A stretch of DNA of 64,000 bases from Rhizodiscina lignyota (lineage: Eukaryota): the NCBI GenBank assembly GCA_010015805.1, contig ML978128.1, positions 1,054,001-1,118,000 of the forward strand. Direction: 5' to 3'. The position numbers and the translations under genes are program-made. This document shows, in pieces, positions 1-12,206 of this stretch. The notes beneath the pieces were generated by a model that was not told the origin of the DNA, did no database searches, and saw nothing but the letters and a program-made list of their open reading frames with translations. Within the stretch, counting starts at the first letter, position 1; the number at the start of each line of letters is the position of its first letter.

Positions 1-645
1 GATTCCCGCTTCCTACCCACTGCGGAAATATTATCTTCTGTTCGGCTACTTTGGGCTGGCGAGCTGGGTGTTTAGCATGGTGTTCCATACGCGGGATTTC
101 AATCTCACGGAAAAGTTGGACTATCTTGGAGCAGGCGCAAGTGTGCTTTATGGGCTTTACTTCGCTCCCATACGCGTCTTCCGACTCGACCAGTCCAACA
201 CAGCACGTACAGCCTACAAGTCCTCCATTTTACGTCTCTGGACCATCGTGTGCTTGGTACTCTACGCCTTTCACGCTGGATTCCTCTTACTTGTAAGGTG
301 GGACTATACGTACAACATGGCGGCCAACGTGGCTGTCGGGATCGTGCAGAACATTCTGTGGAGTGGCTTCAGTATTGTCCGTTTCAGAAGGATGAAACGC
401 ATCTGGGCAGCATGGCCGGGCTTAATTGTCGCGTGGATCATCTTGGCCATGTCTTTTGAATTACTGGATTTCCCTGGCCAGATTATAGACGCCCATGCTC
501 TATGGCATGCGGGGACTGTCGTACCGACTATCTGGTGGTATAAGTGAGTGATAGCAGCATGGTTACAGGCATGGAGCTAATCTGTGGCAGTTTCTTGATT
601 AAAGATGCGCAGGAGGATATGCATGGCGTTAGGCTCAAAGCTTGA
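1..645 (+). CDS. PER1: Per1/PGAP3-like GPI-remodelling membrane protein (5'-truncated by window edge)
   Basis: FSMVFHTRD...TEKLDY, WDYTYNMAANV, SFELLDFP and DAHALWH motifs; intron 544-590 (GTGAGT..GCTAAT..CAG) gives C-terminus NFLIKDAQEDMHGVRLKA*. Confidence 0.9.
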
Positions 646-1217
646 CCGTGAATGTAAAACATGTTTGCATGGGCGGAGTATGGTAATTGAGCATTGTACA
701 GTTAGGGATGGACACCCAATGCGGACACTAGGCAGAGTACGTCCAGGTGGTGCCAGAAAAACTTTCTTCTGGTATGAGTAAGGCCGATCGGACGAGAAGA
801 CCATTTCCCTGAGATATAGCCTCAAATATGGCCATATATGATAGGATCAGATTTTAAAGTTAAATATATAGTTTTACACACAGCCGACACTGCAAGCTGG
901 AGCTCCCAGCCATCTACTATCGTGTGAACATATTCACGAAGTGAGTATTGAACTTCATCAATATTGAATTACAATTCCACCATGTAATCCCTTATATGTG
1001 TACCCACGCTCTTTCCCGAAATACTGTATCCACACTCCAATAATATAATTGCAACACATAATTGTCTGCAACTGTGACCGTGGCCGCCGAATAGATTCCG
1101 AGGCTCGGAACAACCGGTGGACGGCAGAAGCCGCGACGTGCTGCATCGTCATAGCTTTGAGAACATAAACAGAGCTTTACTTTCCGCCATATCTCTCCAC
1201 ACATCAGGGCACCAAAT

Positions 1218-2390
1218 ATGTCAAAAACTGTTGGAAAGCAGCGCCAGGTGCGCGGTGACCTGTTGGATTTACCTGCGGAGCTGCGACTCAACATCTATGA
1301 CCTCATTCTTGGAGACGATGAAGCCGTCACCATCAGCGGCCGAGAGATTGTTGACGAAGAGGGTGATGTTGATCCAGAGGAGAGTTCGGCCTCAAATGTG
1401 TCATGGCGACGTGTTCGACGTGTTCCAATCATCAAAAATTTCTACGATGAGTCTCTGCTTGCGATAGCACCTCGAGTCCACCCTTTGCCTGCTGCCGAAA
1501 ACGTGCTAGCCCCAGGGTTGAGACGGAGATATCGGACAGCAGACGAGCTCGCAGCAGAGAATCCAACAATTGGATATAGCAAAATTCTGGCTGCATCAAC
1601 CAAATCAGAAACCAAACCTGAGGCGTCATCAAGCAGCTCGACATACATTCCAGCACATCTCGCGCTCCAACAGACGTGTAAACAGATCTACCAAGAGCTG
1701 CAACACCACATGTCATCTCGTACAGCCATCAATCCGATTCTCTACGTGACATACCCGCACGGCGTCATAGTGCTCAAGGAGCACTGCCCACATCTCTTAA
1801 AGCAGGCTCGCGCCATCAACATCTGTGGCCCGTTCCTGTATGGCAAGAGGCCTCACGAGTGCACTGGCTATTGGTGCTGTCCCGGACAAGCTTGGAAGCC
1901 GTCCCAACCACTGGGTCGTACCGAAAATCCGGCAACCCTCCTTGCGGCGACGGAGAGCCTTACCTGGCTGGTGCGATCGGTCCTATCCCCAAAGGGCCAT
2001 CCTGTGTTCGAGAGACTCGAGATGCGGATATTCTATCCCGAAGCAGACGCATACCGCGAGGTGTGGACGAACAACCAGTCTCCAATCTCCGTCGCACTGC
2101 CGAATATTTGCGGTGGGAAGATTGACATGGAGGTCTGGCGGAGCAAGATGGGCGCTGGTGTCTTCCTAAGGGCACGGCCGCAACCGAGGGCAAGGGAGCT
2201 CAGTACGGGTTGGAGGAAGCTGGGCGACACGAGGGCGGAGAACGAAGGCTTTGTGCTGAGTGACCAGTGGGGCAAGAGTGAGGAGGACATTCCGACGAAC
2301 TGGAAAGATTCGAATCGGAGGGAGGAGACAGAGGTTGGTATCACAACCTACAGCGGGACGAGGTTTTCAGGAAACGGCGGAAGTTATTGA
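1218..2390 (+). CDS. Hypothetical protein with N-terminal F-box-like motif
   Basis: Intronless 390-aa ORF; LLDLPAELRLNIYDLIL resembles the fungal F-box-like LPxEIR motif. Confidence 0.7.
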   Translation: MSKTVGKQRQVRGDLLDLPAELRLNIYDLILGDDEAVTISGREIVDEEGDVDPEESSASNVSWRRVRRVPIIKNFYDESLLAIAPRVHPLPAAENVLAPGLRRRYRTADELAAENPTIGYSKILAASTKSETKPEASSSSSTYIPAHLALQQTCKQIYQELQHHMSSRTAINPILYVTYPHGVIVLKEHCPHLLKQARAINICGPFLYGKRPHECTGYWCCPGQAWKPSQPLGRTENPATLLAATESLTWLVRSVLSPKGHPVFERLEMRIFYPEADAYREVWTNNQSPISVALPNICGGKIDMEVWRSKMGAGVFLRARPQPRARELSTGWRKLGDTRAENEGFVLSDQWGKSEEDIPTNWKDSNRREETEVGITTYSGTRFSGNGGSY

Positions 2391-2966
2391 CATTCAAACA
2401 TTCAAGATGTCTTAAAACAACGGGCTATTGTCTATGATACGGAAAGGACAACCTTCGGATTACTGGAGTTGAAATCAAATTTTGGTCTGGGTCTGTAGAC
2501 ATATTTGGCACGCAAGAGCAGCGTGTCTACACATTTCCATTACTCGATGTTCTTAAATCGTCATCAGTTTCTACCAAATTCTACAGCAGGATTTTTCACC
2601 TTGCTGTCGTAAAGTTCGATTCAGCACATATTCCTTCCACGTGACTTTCTTAGCTCCCGTCCTTGGATTCTCTCCTCATACTCCTGACACTTACTAACAC
2701 ACGCTTTACAGGCTAAAGTCGCTCAATGCTTTGACAATTTTGGCTTTCACTTTCCTCTCTGCATCTCAGCTTGAACAGCGCAATAAAATTTCAAACACTA
2801 AATTTCTGTTACGAAGAGACTAGCTTTCGGCGAGCGAACGCGACCTGCAACGGCGCCCCTGTTCCGGTACAACGAGAAGCAAATCCCCTAAGGCGGACTG
2901 GGTAAGCTACTCCTTAAGAGCCTCGAATTATCTAGCTCTTTCGTATAGACCTCACCGTAGTCGAAG

Positions 2967-4011
2967 ATGGAGACGACGACTTTTGACGATGACGGCGACC
3001 TCGAGCTGCTTTTACAGAACGATGATAACCCTACAGACCCGTCAAGCGCAAAGCCAACCCCCACCAAGAAGTTCGTCGTTTCTTCCAAGGTCCTGTGTTT
3101 GGTCAGCCCTGTCTGGAAAACCATGTTGAGTGGGAAGTTTCTCGAGGGAACAAGCAGACAAATCCCCCTGCCTGAGGATAACGCCCGGGCCTTGGAGTAT
3201 ATGCTGAACCTTGTGCACTTCAATTTCGACCGGCTCAAGGCTCCTACCACATCTGATCTGACACACATTGCAATTGTTTGCGACAAGTACGACATGGCCG
3301 GGTTATGTCGATTTCAGGCTAATGAATGGAAAGACGTATTTCGGCGTGAGGGCAAGTTATATTCATTTGATGCTATCTTCTTTGCGTGGACGTTTGGGTT
3401 CAGATCGTGGTTCGAATCCGTCGTAAAGGACTCCATCACCGGCCAGACCATCCCTCGACTGCGGGAATACGAGCTCGAGAACTTTGCGCCTCCAGGAATT
3501 GCAGGTATGGAGTAGCACAGAGCGCCACGGCATACGTGGATGTTATTAACGATTAGCAGTCACTATGCGCGAAATTGCAACCCGAGCACACGATGAAACC
3601 TTCAACGCAATTTTCAATACGTACAAACGGTTCCTTGGAGATCAGTCATGTACCATAGGCTCCGCAGAATGCAGCGCTTACAATCTTGGGGCTTTTATAA
3701 CAATACTCGATCGTAATTCCATTTGTATTGATATGTCTCTCGCGCGGGCCGTCTATGGTACCCCTGGACCTCTGCGACCCCTTGCCGACGTTGTGGGAGG
3801 TATGCAGATCTCGAAACTACCCCTTAAGCCTCGCGGGGAAACACCGCAGAGGCGATATGGCGAAGCGGAACCTGATGAGCATGCACAATGCCGCTCTCTC
3901 GCTGGACTGAAAGACGAGGTTAAGAAGATCATGAGTAACATTCCAACTGCCTTACAGGAACATCACAAGGTGCATCTGAGGAGTCAGGCGAAGAAGGTGG
4001 GCGCTGAGTAA
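2967..4011 (+). CDS. BTB/POZ domain protein
   Basis: FDDDGDLELL...FVVSSKVLCLVSPVWKTML...F.E...IPLPED...IAIVCDKYD is a typical fungal BTB pattern; intron 3505-3556/3559 (TAGCAG tandem acceptor) joins the two ORFs in frame. Confidence 0.85.
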
Positions 4012-4306
4012 CTGTAAATAAGTTATATGGAGAGCAGACAAAGTGCTATGTGCTCGGATTCGATACAAGAGATGCCATGAGCTGGAAATTCGACTTTTTA
4101 GAGAGGTAATATGTGTTCGCCACATATGATGCGAGTATATCAATCTCAGGTATATATGCTCACTTTTATGTTCTCTGAACTTGAAGTATATTGATATATT
4201 TCAAAGCAGCTGAGATCGAATATAGAAAAGCTGAGAACAGATATGAGGTGGGAAGGTTGTACCCTCCCCGTCAATATAGTCTCATGAATCGACCGAGTCC
4301 CGATAT

Positions 4307-5992
4307 TTATTTCTTCTTCCTATTATCGTCCGTCTTTCTTCGCGCTAGCTCTTCCGAATTCACCTCTTCGATTGCCTTTCTCGCCCCTTCCCATCTCTTT
4401 CTGCGCCCTTCAAACAATCTTCCAACATGCGGACTGTCGACGCCACCCATCAGCATATTGCAGAATCTCCAATTGGTCAGCCAGAACCACCACCCCTTCC
4501 GACCCCATCCCAGGTACTCGTTCATGCCATTCCCTGCGGCATCGTGGAGCCAACTGCGCCACTTCCGCTCTTGTACCGCATTCCTCGCGGCGCCAGGTTC
4601 GTTGGGGAGAAGTCCAATAGTATGGAGCCATTCCTGGTGCTGATCGATCTCTCGATTCATCTCTTCAATCGTAGGCAGCGGATACGCGCCTTTGAAGATT
4701 TGCACGATTGCCGTGCAAGCTAAATCCGCAACTTCACAGATGCCTGTCGGAGCTTGCCAGCCATCAAGGAATGCAATCGACGATGCATATTCTGGAGGGA
4801 AGATGTTCTGATAAAGACGTGGCAGTCTGACGTCTTTGTGTGCGCTGTCTTCATCTAGCTTTGTCCGCTGTCCGAGACTCTCAAGAAACGAGCGGTTCGG
4901 GTTCATGCCGGTGCAGCAGATGATATTGTCGACGTACAACCGGGTACCATCATCGAGCTCCACTATTTCGTTATCGATAATCCGCTTCAAGTTTGCGACT
5001 GACTCGATATCGCCAGCCTCGAGCGCTAGAACGAAAGTGTCGGAGATCATGACACGTTGCGTGAAACGCGAGGGAGCAGGTCTGAATCCCCAAGCTGGCT
5101 TCAGGCTGAAAGCTTGATCACTGATCTTCAAGGCCATGTTCTGCATGAACTTTGCCATGGTAATGGGGAACCATGAGCTGAGTGTACCTAGAATGGCATC
5201 CATTCTGCGATTCGATAACTGTTCGACTGGCTTGCCCTTGAGCACGCGTGGAAGGACAAGAATGCCTTGACGGTGGGCGACGTAGATCGTGTGTGCGATA
5301 CCTATCAGCTCTGTCGCCGTATCTCCTGCTGTATTGGCAAATCCTAGCACAAGAACTCTTTTGTTTCTGTAGTCTTCCGGGCGTTTGAATTGTGCGCTGT
5401 GGATGAGACGCTTGCCAAAATGCTCTGCTCCTTCAATCGCAGGCATATGCGGACTGTGATGTCTTCCAATGGCCATGATGACTTTGTCGAAGAACTCCAC
5501 AGTCTTAATGGTCACCGGCTTGCTGTCTCTGAGTTCGTAGACTTCGGCAAACTCCAACCGCCACGCCATTTGCCCATTCCCATCCTCTGCCCTGCTCAAG
5601 CTCAGCAGCTTCTTCTTAAATTTAATCCTCCTCTTCAGCTCGAAGTGCTCTGCATATGCCTCCAGATACTCCAGGAATTCCTTCTGAGTTGGAAACAGAG
5701 GGAAGTCGTTGTCGCAAGGAAAGTCGGCGTATACATTCTTCAGCTTGCTCACGTTGGTTATGGTGCTCTCCAAAGTCGTGAATACATTTGGATCGTTAGA
5801 GAAAGCCCATAAGCCACCAATCACGTCGCGTGCTTCGCAGAGCTCCGCATCGAAGCCTTCCTCGAGGAGATTCTTGAGAGCGCAGAGACCTTGTGGGCCC
5901 GCGCCGATGACGGCAACGCGTATTTGTTCTGGAGGCTTCTGATCGACCATTGCTGCTGCGTGTGTATCCTCGAAATTTGATGCCTTAGACAT
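4307..5992 (-). CDS. Flavin-containing monooxygenase (FMO-like, class B)
   Basis: VAVIGAGPQG FAD Rossmann motif, GGLW, FMO-type F..RLIHSAQFK motif, second Rossmann VLVLGFANTA, IICCTG; intronless 561 aa. Confidence 0.92.
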   Translation of the reverse strand: MSKASNFEDTHAAAMVDQKPPEQIRVAVIGAGPQGLCALKNLLEEGFDAELCEARDVIGGLWAFSNDPNVFTTLESTITNVSKLKNVYADFPCDNDFPLFPTQKEFLEYLEAYAEHFELKRRIKFKKKLLSLSRAEDGNGQMAWRLEFAEVYELRDSKPVTIKTVEFFDKVIMAIGRHHSPHMPAIEGAEHFGKRLIHSAQFKRPEDYRNKRVLVLGFANTAGDTATELIGIAHTIYVAHRQGILVLPRVLKGKPVEQLSNRRMDAILGTLSSWFPITMAKFMQNMALKISDQAFSLKPAWGFRPAPSRFTQRVMISDTFVLALEAGDIESVANLKRIIDNEIVELDDGTRLYVDNIICCTGMNPNRSFLESLGQRTKLDEDSAHKDVRLPRLYQNIFPPEYASSIAFLDGWQAPTGICEVADLACTAIVQIFKGAYPLPTIEEMNREIDQHQEWLHTIGLLPNEPGAARNAVQERKWRSWLHDAAGNGMNEYLGWGRKGWWFWLTNWRFCNMLMGGVDSPHVGRLFEGRRKRWEGARKAIEEVNSEELARRKTDDNRKKK

Positions 5993-6566
5993 GAATTGGA
6001 AGTGGGAAAGAAATATTATGTAGACGCGGGAGCATTAATATTCTTTCCTTCAAACATATCAGTGACGGTCGGTACTTCATCAAAAGGCCATCAACGTGTT
6101 GACTAGAACATGATGATTGAGGTGTGTCAACTCAGAATTCAAATCAGAACAAGCAGGATGGTACCTCCTTTAGCCACTGAAACAATTGAAATCACCCGTT
6201 AAGGAAAGATGATGAACGGAACAGGATGCGGCTTAGATGCGATAGAGGCAACGGTCTTGCAGTCACAAAATCCTGCCGGCCCTACGCCAAATCTGCACGA
6301 TGGGCGAGTCGCCGACAATAGCGTTGGATCACATATGTGTGGATCATAAAAGAATGCAGGCGCATATACGGAGAACGACACATGCGAGGTAGTTGCTGCG
6401 GCGCTTGGCATTGTCGGGTGCAGATACGAGGTTCAGGCGCGGAGACTTTTTAAGAGAGCTTCGCTATTTACGAGCTATTTTGCACAACCTCGCTTCTCCA
6501 TTGACGTCTAAGAGTGCCGGATCCAGGTAGTTTTACATGGCAACAAAAGAAAAGTGGCTACAATAT

Positions 6567-8171
6567 TTACACTTTGAGTCCGAGATCCTCAGCATACGGC
6601 AACGCGAAGAGATCACCAACCGTCGATACGGATGCCTTGGAGTCGAGAAGAGATTTGGCGACCTAGATATTCGTCAATATGGTATGCATACCCTAACTTC
6701 AGAGAGAGGGTGACTCACCTTCTTAAGTTGGTCTTCTGTGACAGCACCAATTGCCTTGCCGGTGTCATCCAACTGGTATGCCTTGCCACCGGTTATCAGA
6801 CCAGAGCCTGTCAGCTCAATGCCAGCCCATATGTTGTGGCCGAAATCAAGCTCCTTGAATTTGGCCTGAGCCACAGCCTTCTGGATGTCCTCCTTTGCAA
6901 TCTGGCCATTAGCAACAGCCTTGATCGTCTCGACAGCTTTTGCGGCAGCTCCAGCAACGTCTTTCGCAACACCAGTGATGGTGATGGCGAGAAGACCAGC
7001 GTCAGAGTAGATAAGACTATTGGTGTCGACATGCGCACCGGTGAAGTCTGCACAACCTTTGGACAGGAGAGAGTAGCCAGGTGACCATTTGATGCTGCTC
7101 TTGCCGCCAAGGAGGCAAGCGAGAACAGCGATCTCCGGCTTGTAGAAGCCACCAGTGAATGAGCTGGAGCCCGGGAACGCAATAACAATGGTATTGCCCT
7201 TGGCATGAGCGATGCGCTCTTCACCACCATGGTACTTCGCTTGGGAAGCGGAGAGAGATGGCACGCCTTCCGGTGTTGATCCTCTGGCGCCTGCAAAGTA
7301 CTCCCCAACCCACTTCTGAAGCTCAGCACTGTCTGCACCGTTTGCTACAAGGGCAATGTTCGGTTTTGCGTATGCGGCATATGAGAAGGCTTCGATGGTT
7401 TCGGGGTCTAGGTACTTGGTGGTTGGGACGGAAGATGTGGGGAACAGCGGAGTTCCGAGACCTCGATGGAAAGCTAGGCCATGAGCAGAGTTTGTAGCCA
7501 TCTCAAGAGTGCTTCCAAGGAACTTGGACTGAGCCGCCTTGATGTGTGGCTCGACTTCTTCATGCCAGACATGTTCTGCGCTGGTCAGATTTGCGGTTGA
7601 TATCACGAACCAGCTTGAACTTACCCTGATATTTTGTCTGCGTTGCTATTTCGGAAAGGAGCTCGACAAAGTATGGAAGGTCTTCGCGCATGAATTTGGT
7701 CCCTAGAACGAGAGCCTCCCTTGTGCGGTATGTGGAATATTCACCACCGAGAAGTTCGACTTCCCTCGTTATGCGGAGGGCAGATCGCTTGTTCGTGTTC
7801 TTTGCCATATAAGTCTTTGAACATTATCTGCTGCAGAGAGTCTTCGCTATCGTACCTTGAAGGCGAACCCTTCCAGACCTTCTGACAAACCAGGAAGCCA
7901 CTGGGACCTAGAACCAGCCTTCGAGACGAGTGCAAGTGCGGTCGTAGGCCCAGCAAGATCTCGGCTAGCAATCTTCGTGCCAGAAACATCAGCGGTTTGG
8001 TATTGGAAGGATCCCGAAGCTGGAGCAGCCTGCCAATTGATCAGTTGAAGTCGTCTAATGGAGAAGTTCGGGATGCTGTACCAGACCCCGGCGGCCTGCG
8101 GGCTGAGCCGTGCATCGCGAACGCCGCAGAGCTCGCCCGGCACTTTGGCCAATTGCCGAGCGTGAGATCAT
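6567..8171 (-). CDS. QCR2: Ubiquinol-cytochrome c reductase core subunit 2 (peptidase M16 family)
   Basis: Mitochondrial presequence MISRSAIGQSAGRALRRSRC; KAGSR, RSALRITREVELLGGE, REDLPYFVELL, LLGGKSSIKWSPG; last exon ends GDLFALPYAEDLGLKV*; several introns. Confidence 0.93.
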
Positions 8172-8479
8172 TGCAGTTCGGAGCTCCAATGGTGAGGAGT
8201 GTGGTGTGTGGTGGTCGTAGCTCTTCGGGGCTGCTGGAGCTGGCGTTGTTGAAACTGAATTCGGTCGGGAAAACCTCGGAAGCCCAGCCAATCATACCGA
8301 CGGCATTGCATGACTCGCATGATCGTGCTCCCCACCGCCCGAACACAACTTTGTGAAGGCGAGTATTCACGAGCGCGTTCGCACAGCTGCTGTAAATCAA
8401 AACAATTTCCCACAACCCAAATGCGTCGATTACGGTGACAACAACCTGAGAGCGCACTCCGCGTGTCGAAACTCTCAAA

Positions 8480-10535
8480 ATGTCTACGGTAGTCACAGAT
8501 TTGACTTACCAATTACTGTTACTGACAAATGTTCAGGCTCTCTCTGAGCTACTACAAATCGTGGTGAACGATCTCTGTGGCCAATTGTCCTCTGTAAGTA
8601 GCCATGAAGTACACTAGGCCTCATCACTTCTTGCCTTGCAAGAGTCTGCAGTCGCCGCTTCCGTTCCAAGGCTCTAACTTCCAATAGACAATCTTCTCCA
8701 CCCTCTTAAGTTATGGACGAACTCCACTCGGTCGCCTCGCCCAAAACTGCGACCTTGCACCGCGACTTGTGAAGAGCGGCCTCAGCGCGTTGATCCAGCA
8801 GAGTCTCGCGTTCCACTACACCGATCCAAAGGATGATATCACTTACTATGAGGCGGACTGGAAAAGCGCATATGCCGTCTTGAGATCTGCAAAGGCACTC
8901 AAACTCATAGAGCAGAGGTTCGGCATCAAAGCTCGTGGATTGGTCACAACTATCCATAATCTTGGTCATGCTCCTGTTAAGGAACTCGCGGAAGCCGTTG
9001 GAAAGAAGCAGGTTGCTCTCGCTACATCGGGTGGAGCGCGCACAAACGGCGATGTCCTCGACAATGGAGAGATTGGAAACGATGGTAATAACGACAAGTC
9101 TGATGCGACGATAAAATCGATCCAAGAGTTTCACGCAACACTCTACGAACTCAACCGCGCAGGCTACCTGGTTACAATCAGCGCGTACAACTTCCAACCT
9201 CCCGCAGATTTCGACGTCGAGGCAGAACTCACAATAGCAGCGAAACCTGGCAGTTCGCTGAAAGGTAAACAAGCAAAGGCTCTCTTCGCTCATGATCTTG
9301 CTTCGCTCAAGAGGAAACGACGAGACGGCGAAGACGACTCATCCGTGGTGACTGTGACGTCTTCGAAGAAGGTGAGGACGAACGGCGACCTGACAAATGG
9401 AGTGAATGGCGATCACCATGTCTCTGGCGAACCAGAGATTTACCACCGACTGGATGTATGCTTATCGTCCACTGCGGGCCCCGTCGAATCTCAATGCTAA
9501 TGCTACAACTAGGATACAACCACTGTTCGATTGAGTCATGAGAAAACCAATGTAGCGCTCCGCAGTCATCACCTTGTTCATCTTGCTGCCCGTCACCTTG
9601 GTGAGACGACATCCAAGGTTTACGACGCGCTTCTCCAAGTACTTGAACAGAAGATACGACGCTGCTACGATGAACTTGGGGAGCTGGACGAAGATGACAC
9701 TTCTTACGAAGGGGAAGCAGTTGCCAGTTCAGAGGATGTGCTGGACCTTCTGCCACCAAAAATGGATCTGTCACCAGGGATCTCGAAAACTGCGCGCCAG
9801 CCGAATGGCGTTGATGGGGATGGGGACATCACGATGGAAATTACCCAAATCCAGGACTTGTCTCAACCCTCAAGTGACCCAAAGGTGCGGCTGATACAGG
9901 TTGAACGACATCTGCGACTTCTTCTCGCTGATCCCCGGGAGTTTGTCTTCTGGGCAGGCACTGGTGGAGGTGGACAGTGGATGGTTGACTTTCCCAAGTT
10001 AAGCAAGTATCTTCTTCAGCAGGAAATCGAGGACCAAATCATCACGCGACTTGGATCCCAGCACGTACGAATCGTCAGGATCCTGAACGAACATGGCAGA
10101 CTGGACGAGAAGCTGCTTTCCCACTATGCGATGATCAAGGTGAAGGACCTCCGCCCGCTACTCCAGGAACTGCACAAGCTTGGCTTTGTCGAGACTCAAG
10201 AGGTCCCCAAGGACAACTCCAGGCAGCCAAACAGATCTTTGTTCCTGTGGGCTTACGAGAAGGATCACGTCAAGGAACACTTGCTCAACTTCACATACAA
10301 GTGCATGTCACGCATCCTGCAGCGCCTGAAGGCCGAGAAAGACCAGAACAAGTGGCTCATTGAGAAGGCTTCAAGGACAGACGTGGTGGGCAATGAGGAT
10401 CGTTTTCTGACGCCTAGTGAGAGGCAGATGCTCAAGGCTTGGAGGGCGAAGGAGGCGAAGTTCCTCGCCCAGATGGAGCGGCAGGACGACATTGTTGCGG
10501 TCTTGAGAGATTTCCTTCCGGATACTACTCCTTGA
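8480..10535 (+). CDS. RPC82: RNA polymerase III subunit C82/RPC3
   Basis: Spliced N-terminus MST-ALSELLQIVVNDLCGQLSS-TIFSTLLSYGR..KSGLSALIQQ; C-terminal HVRIVRIL..G.LDEK, QEVPKDNSRQPNRSLFLW, EKASRTDV motifs. Confidence 0.9.
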
Positions 10536-12206
10536 TGTCATGATGAGGCAACGATACGTGATGAGATACCCTTTTTGGGTTTTAACTGCATAGCAGGCGG
10601 TGTTTTTGATAATTGACAAACGCATTTGCTGGAATGGGAACTGGGATTACCCAAATCGGGCCTGGACCGACTTTTCATAGACCAGGAGACGCACCACCTT
10701 CATTGGAGGTGGCCCTGGTGGAGGCAGCAAATTTGATCAAATCTTCCATATTCAATGTGCATCATGCAGTTGTCAGGCTGGCTTATGTCAGGCATCCTGT
10801 TCCCTTTGCACGGTTGAACTGTCGTCTCACTGAAGCAAGTTAAAGCAAGCCTTCTTCTGTGATATTTCCAACCTTCCAGAGCGTGTTCTCTCATGTGAAC
10901 TACCTTTTACTTACGGATTAAGACAAAACAGAAGACTGAGGTTAGGAGATAGGTATCTGCAGACTGGTGGGCGGATGGCTCTCGACGTCCAGAAGATTCT
11001 CAACCTTGACCATCAACGGAGTTTTCCAGAAAGCTGGAAGTCACAAAGAGGGCTGTATATGGGCAAGGATTCCCCCAGGTATCCGAGCTTCCGATGTGCA
11101 GACGGACAGGCACTGACTATTATCTCAAATACTCCGATTGGGTTTAGCGCTACAAGTCAGGGCCAGTCAGGGCTTACAAAGGCAAGACAACATCATTTAA
11201 GCTTGCGCATCTCGCGCCTTTAGCCAAAGTAAGTAGCAACACCGTATGATATGGCACACACTCCCCACGCTAATAGCATTTAGAGTGGCTCGCCGCTCAA
11301 CGGCGAGAGAAAAGTTGGCCTCAGCTTTCGAGGCGTTGAATATTTACGATGTAAAGCTTAATAATGAAACGTATACTTTCCAATGTTGTGCTATTAGCAT
11401 GTATGCCCCGAAGAACGGAGAACTAAGCTTCATAGATATTCTCGCTGACATTGAAGTGCAACACTTGCTCTCCATTAGGCGTTACAACTTGTCCGGCGCC
11501 AAAGTATCTTACCACCTTCAAGAGTTAATAGACATACCCTGCTCAGCGCGTGGGCCAGTAAGGCAAGCATGGTAGCTTAGCTCACTTCTCATGACCAAGA
11601 TTTCATCCAACGTCGTCTGTTCCTGCCGCAAGATAGGGAGAGGCCAAAGCCCTGTTCCAAATGCAGTCGATGGCTACATGAATCGATCCTTGTGTCAGAT
11701 GGGAAGTGGGGCCTACTCTGTCTAGCATGTCGCCTAAAGAAATACCACTGAAGCGACGACCGATAGGGGAAGACAGTCCTGGCACTATAGTACCGGATGA
11801 AAGCACTGGGCATCAGCAACGGAGTGAGATCTCGGTGAAGAGCAGCATCCAGATCGGGAAGAACCGCTTGGGCGCAAACAGATTTGTTCTGATGTGGATT
11901 GAGGCCCAAATGAATCGCCAACGCTGCAGGAAGCTGACAGTTGAATTAGCTGCCATGATCCCGCTTCCAGGATGCTTAATCAGGATTAACTATAGCATCT
12001 GTGTTCTTGTTGCTCTCATATCAAATCATATGCTAAATGCCATTGTCTAGTCCTATTGTACACGATGGCTCAATTAGTTCCAGCACCCACATTATGGTAG
12101 TCTGCAGTGTCTCTCTTGTGGGTATACACTATAACTTAGCCTCGCGCTATGGACCGGTTCATAAGAGTTCGGAACGTCCCGAAATGATTTAAAACCTTTG
12201 CATAGC

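Noticed and set aside
6110..6180. ATGATGA...CTGA resembling a box C/D snoRNA upstream of the FMO
   Set aside because: No terminal stem and no rRNA-complementary guide that I could recognise.
10613..11575. Several 76-109 aa ORFs between RPC82 and the TF
   Set aside because: No recognisable motifs or coherent exon chain; probably non-coding or decayed.
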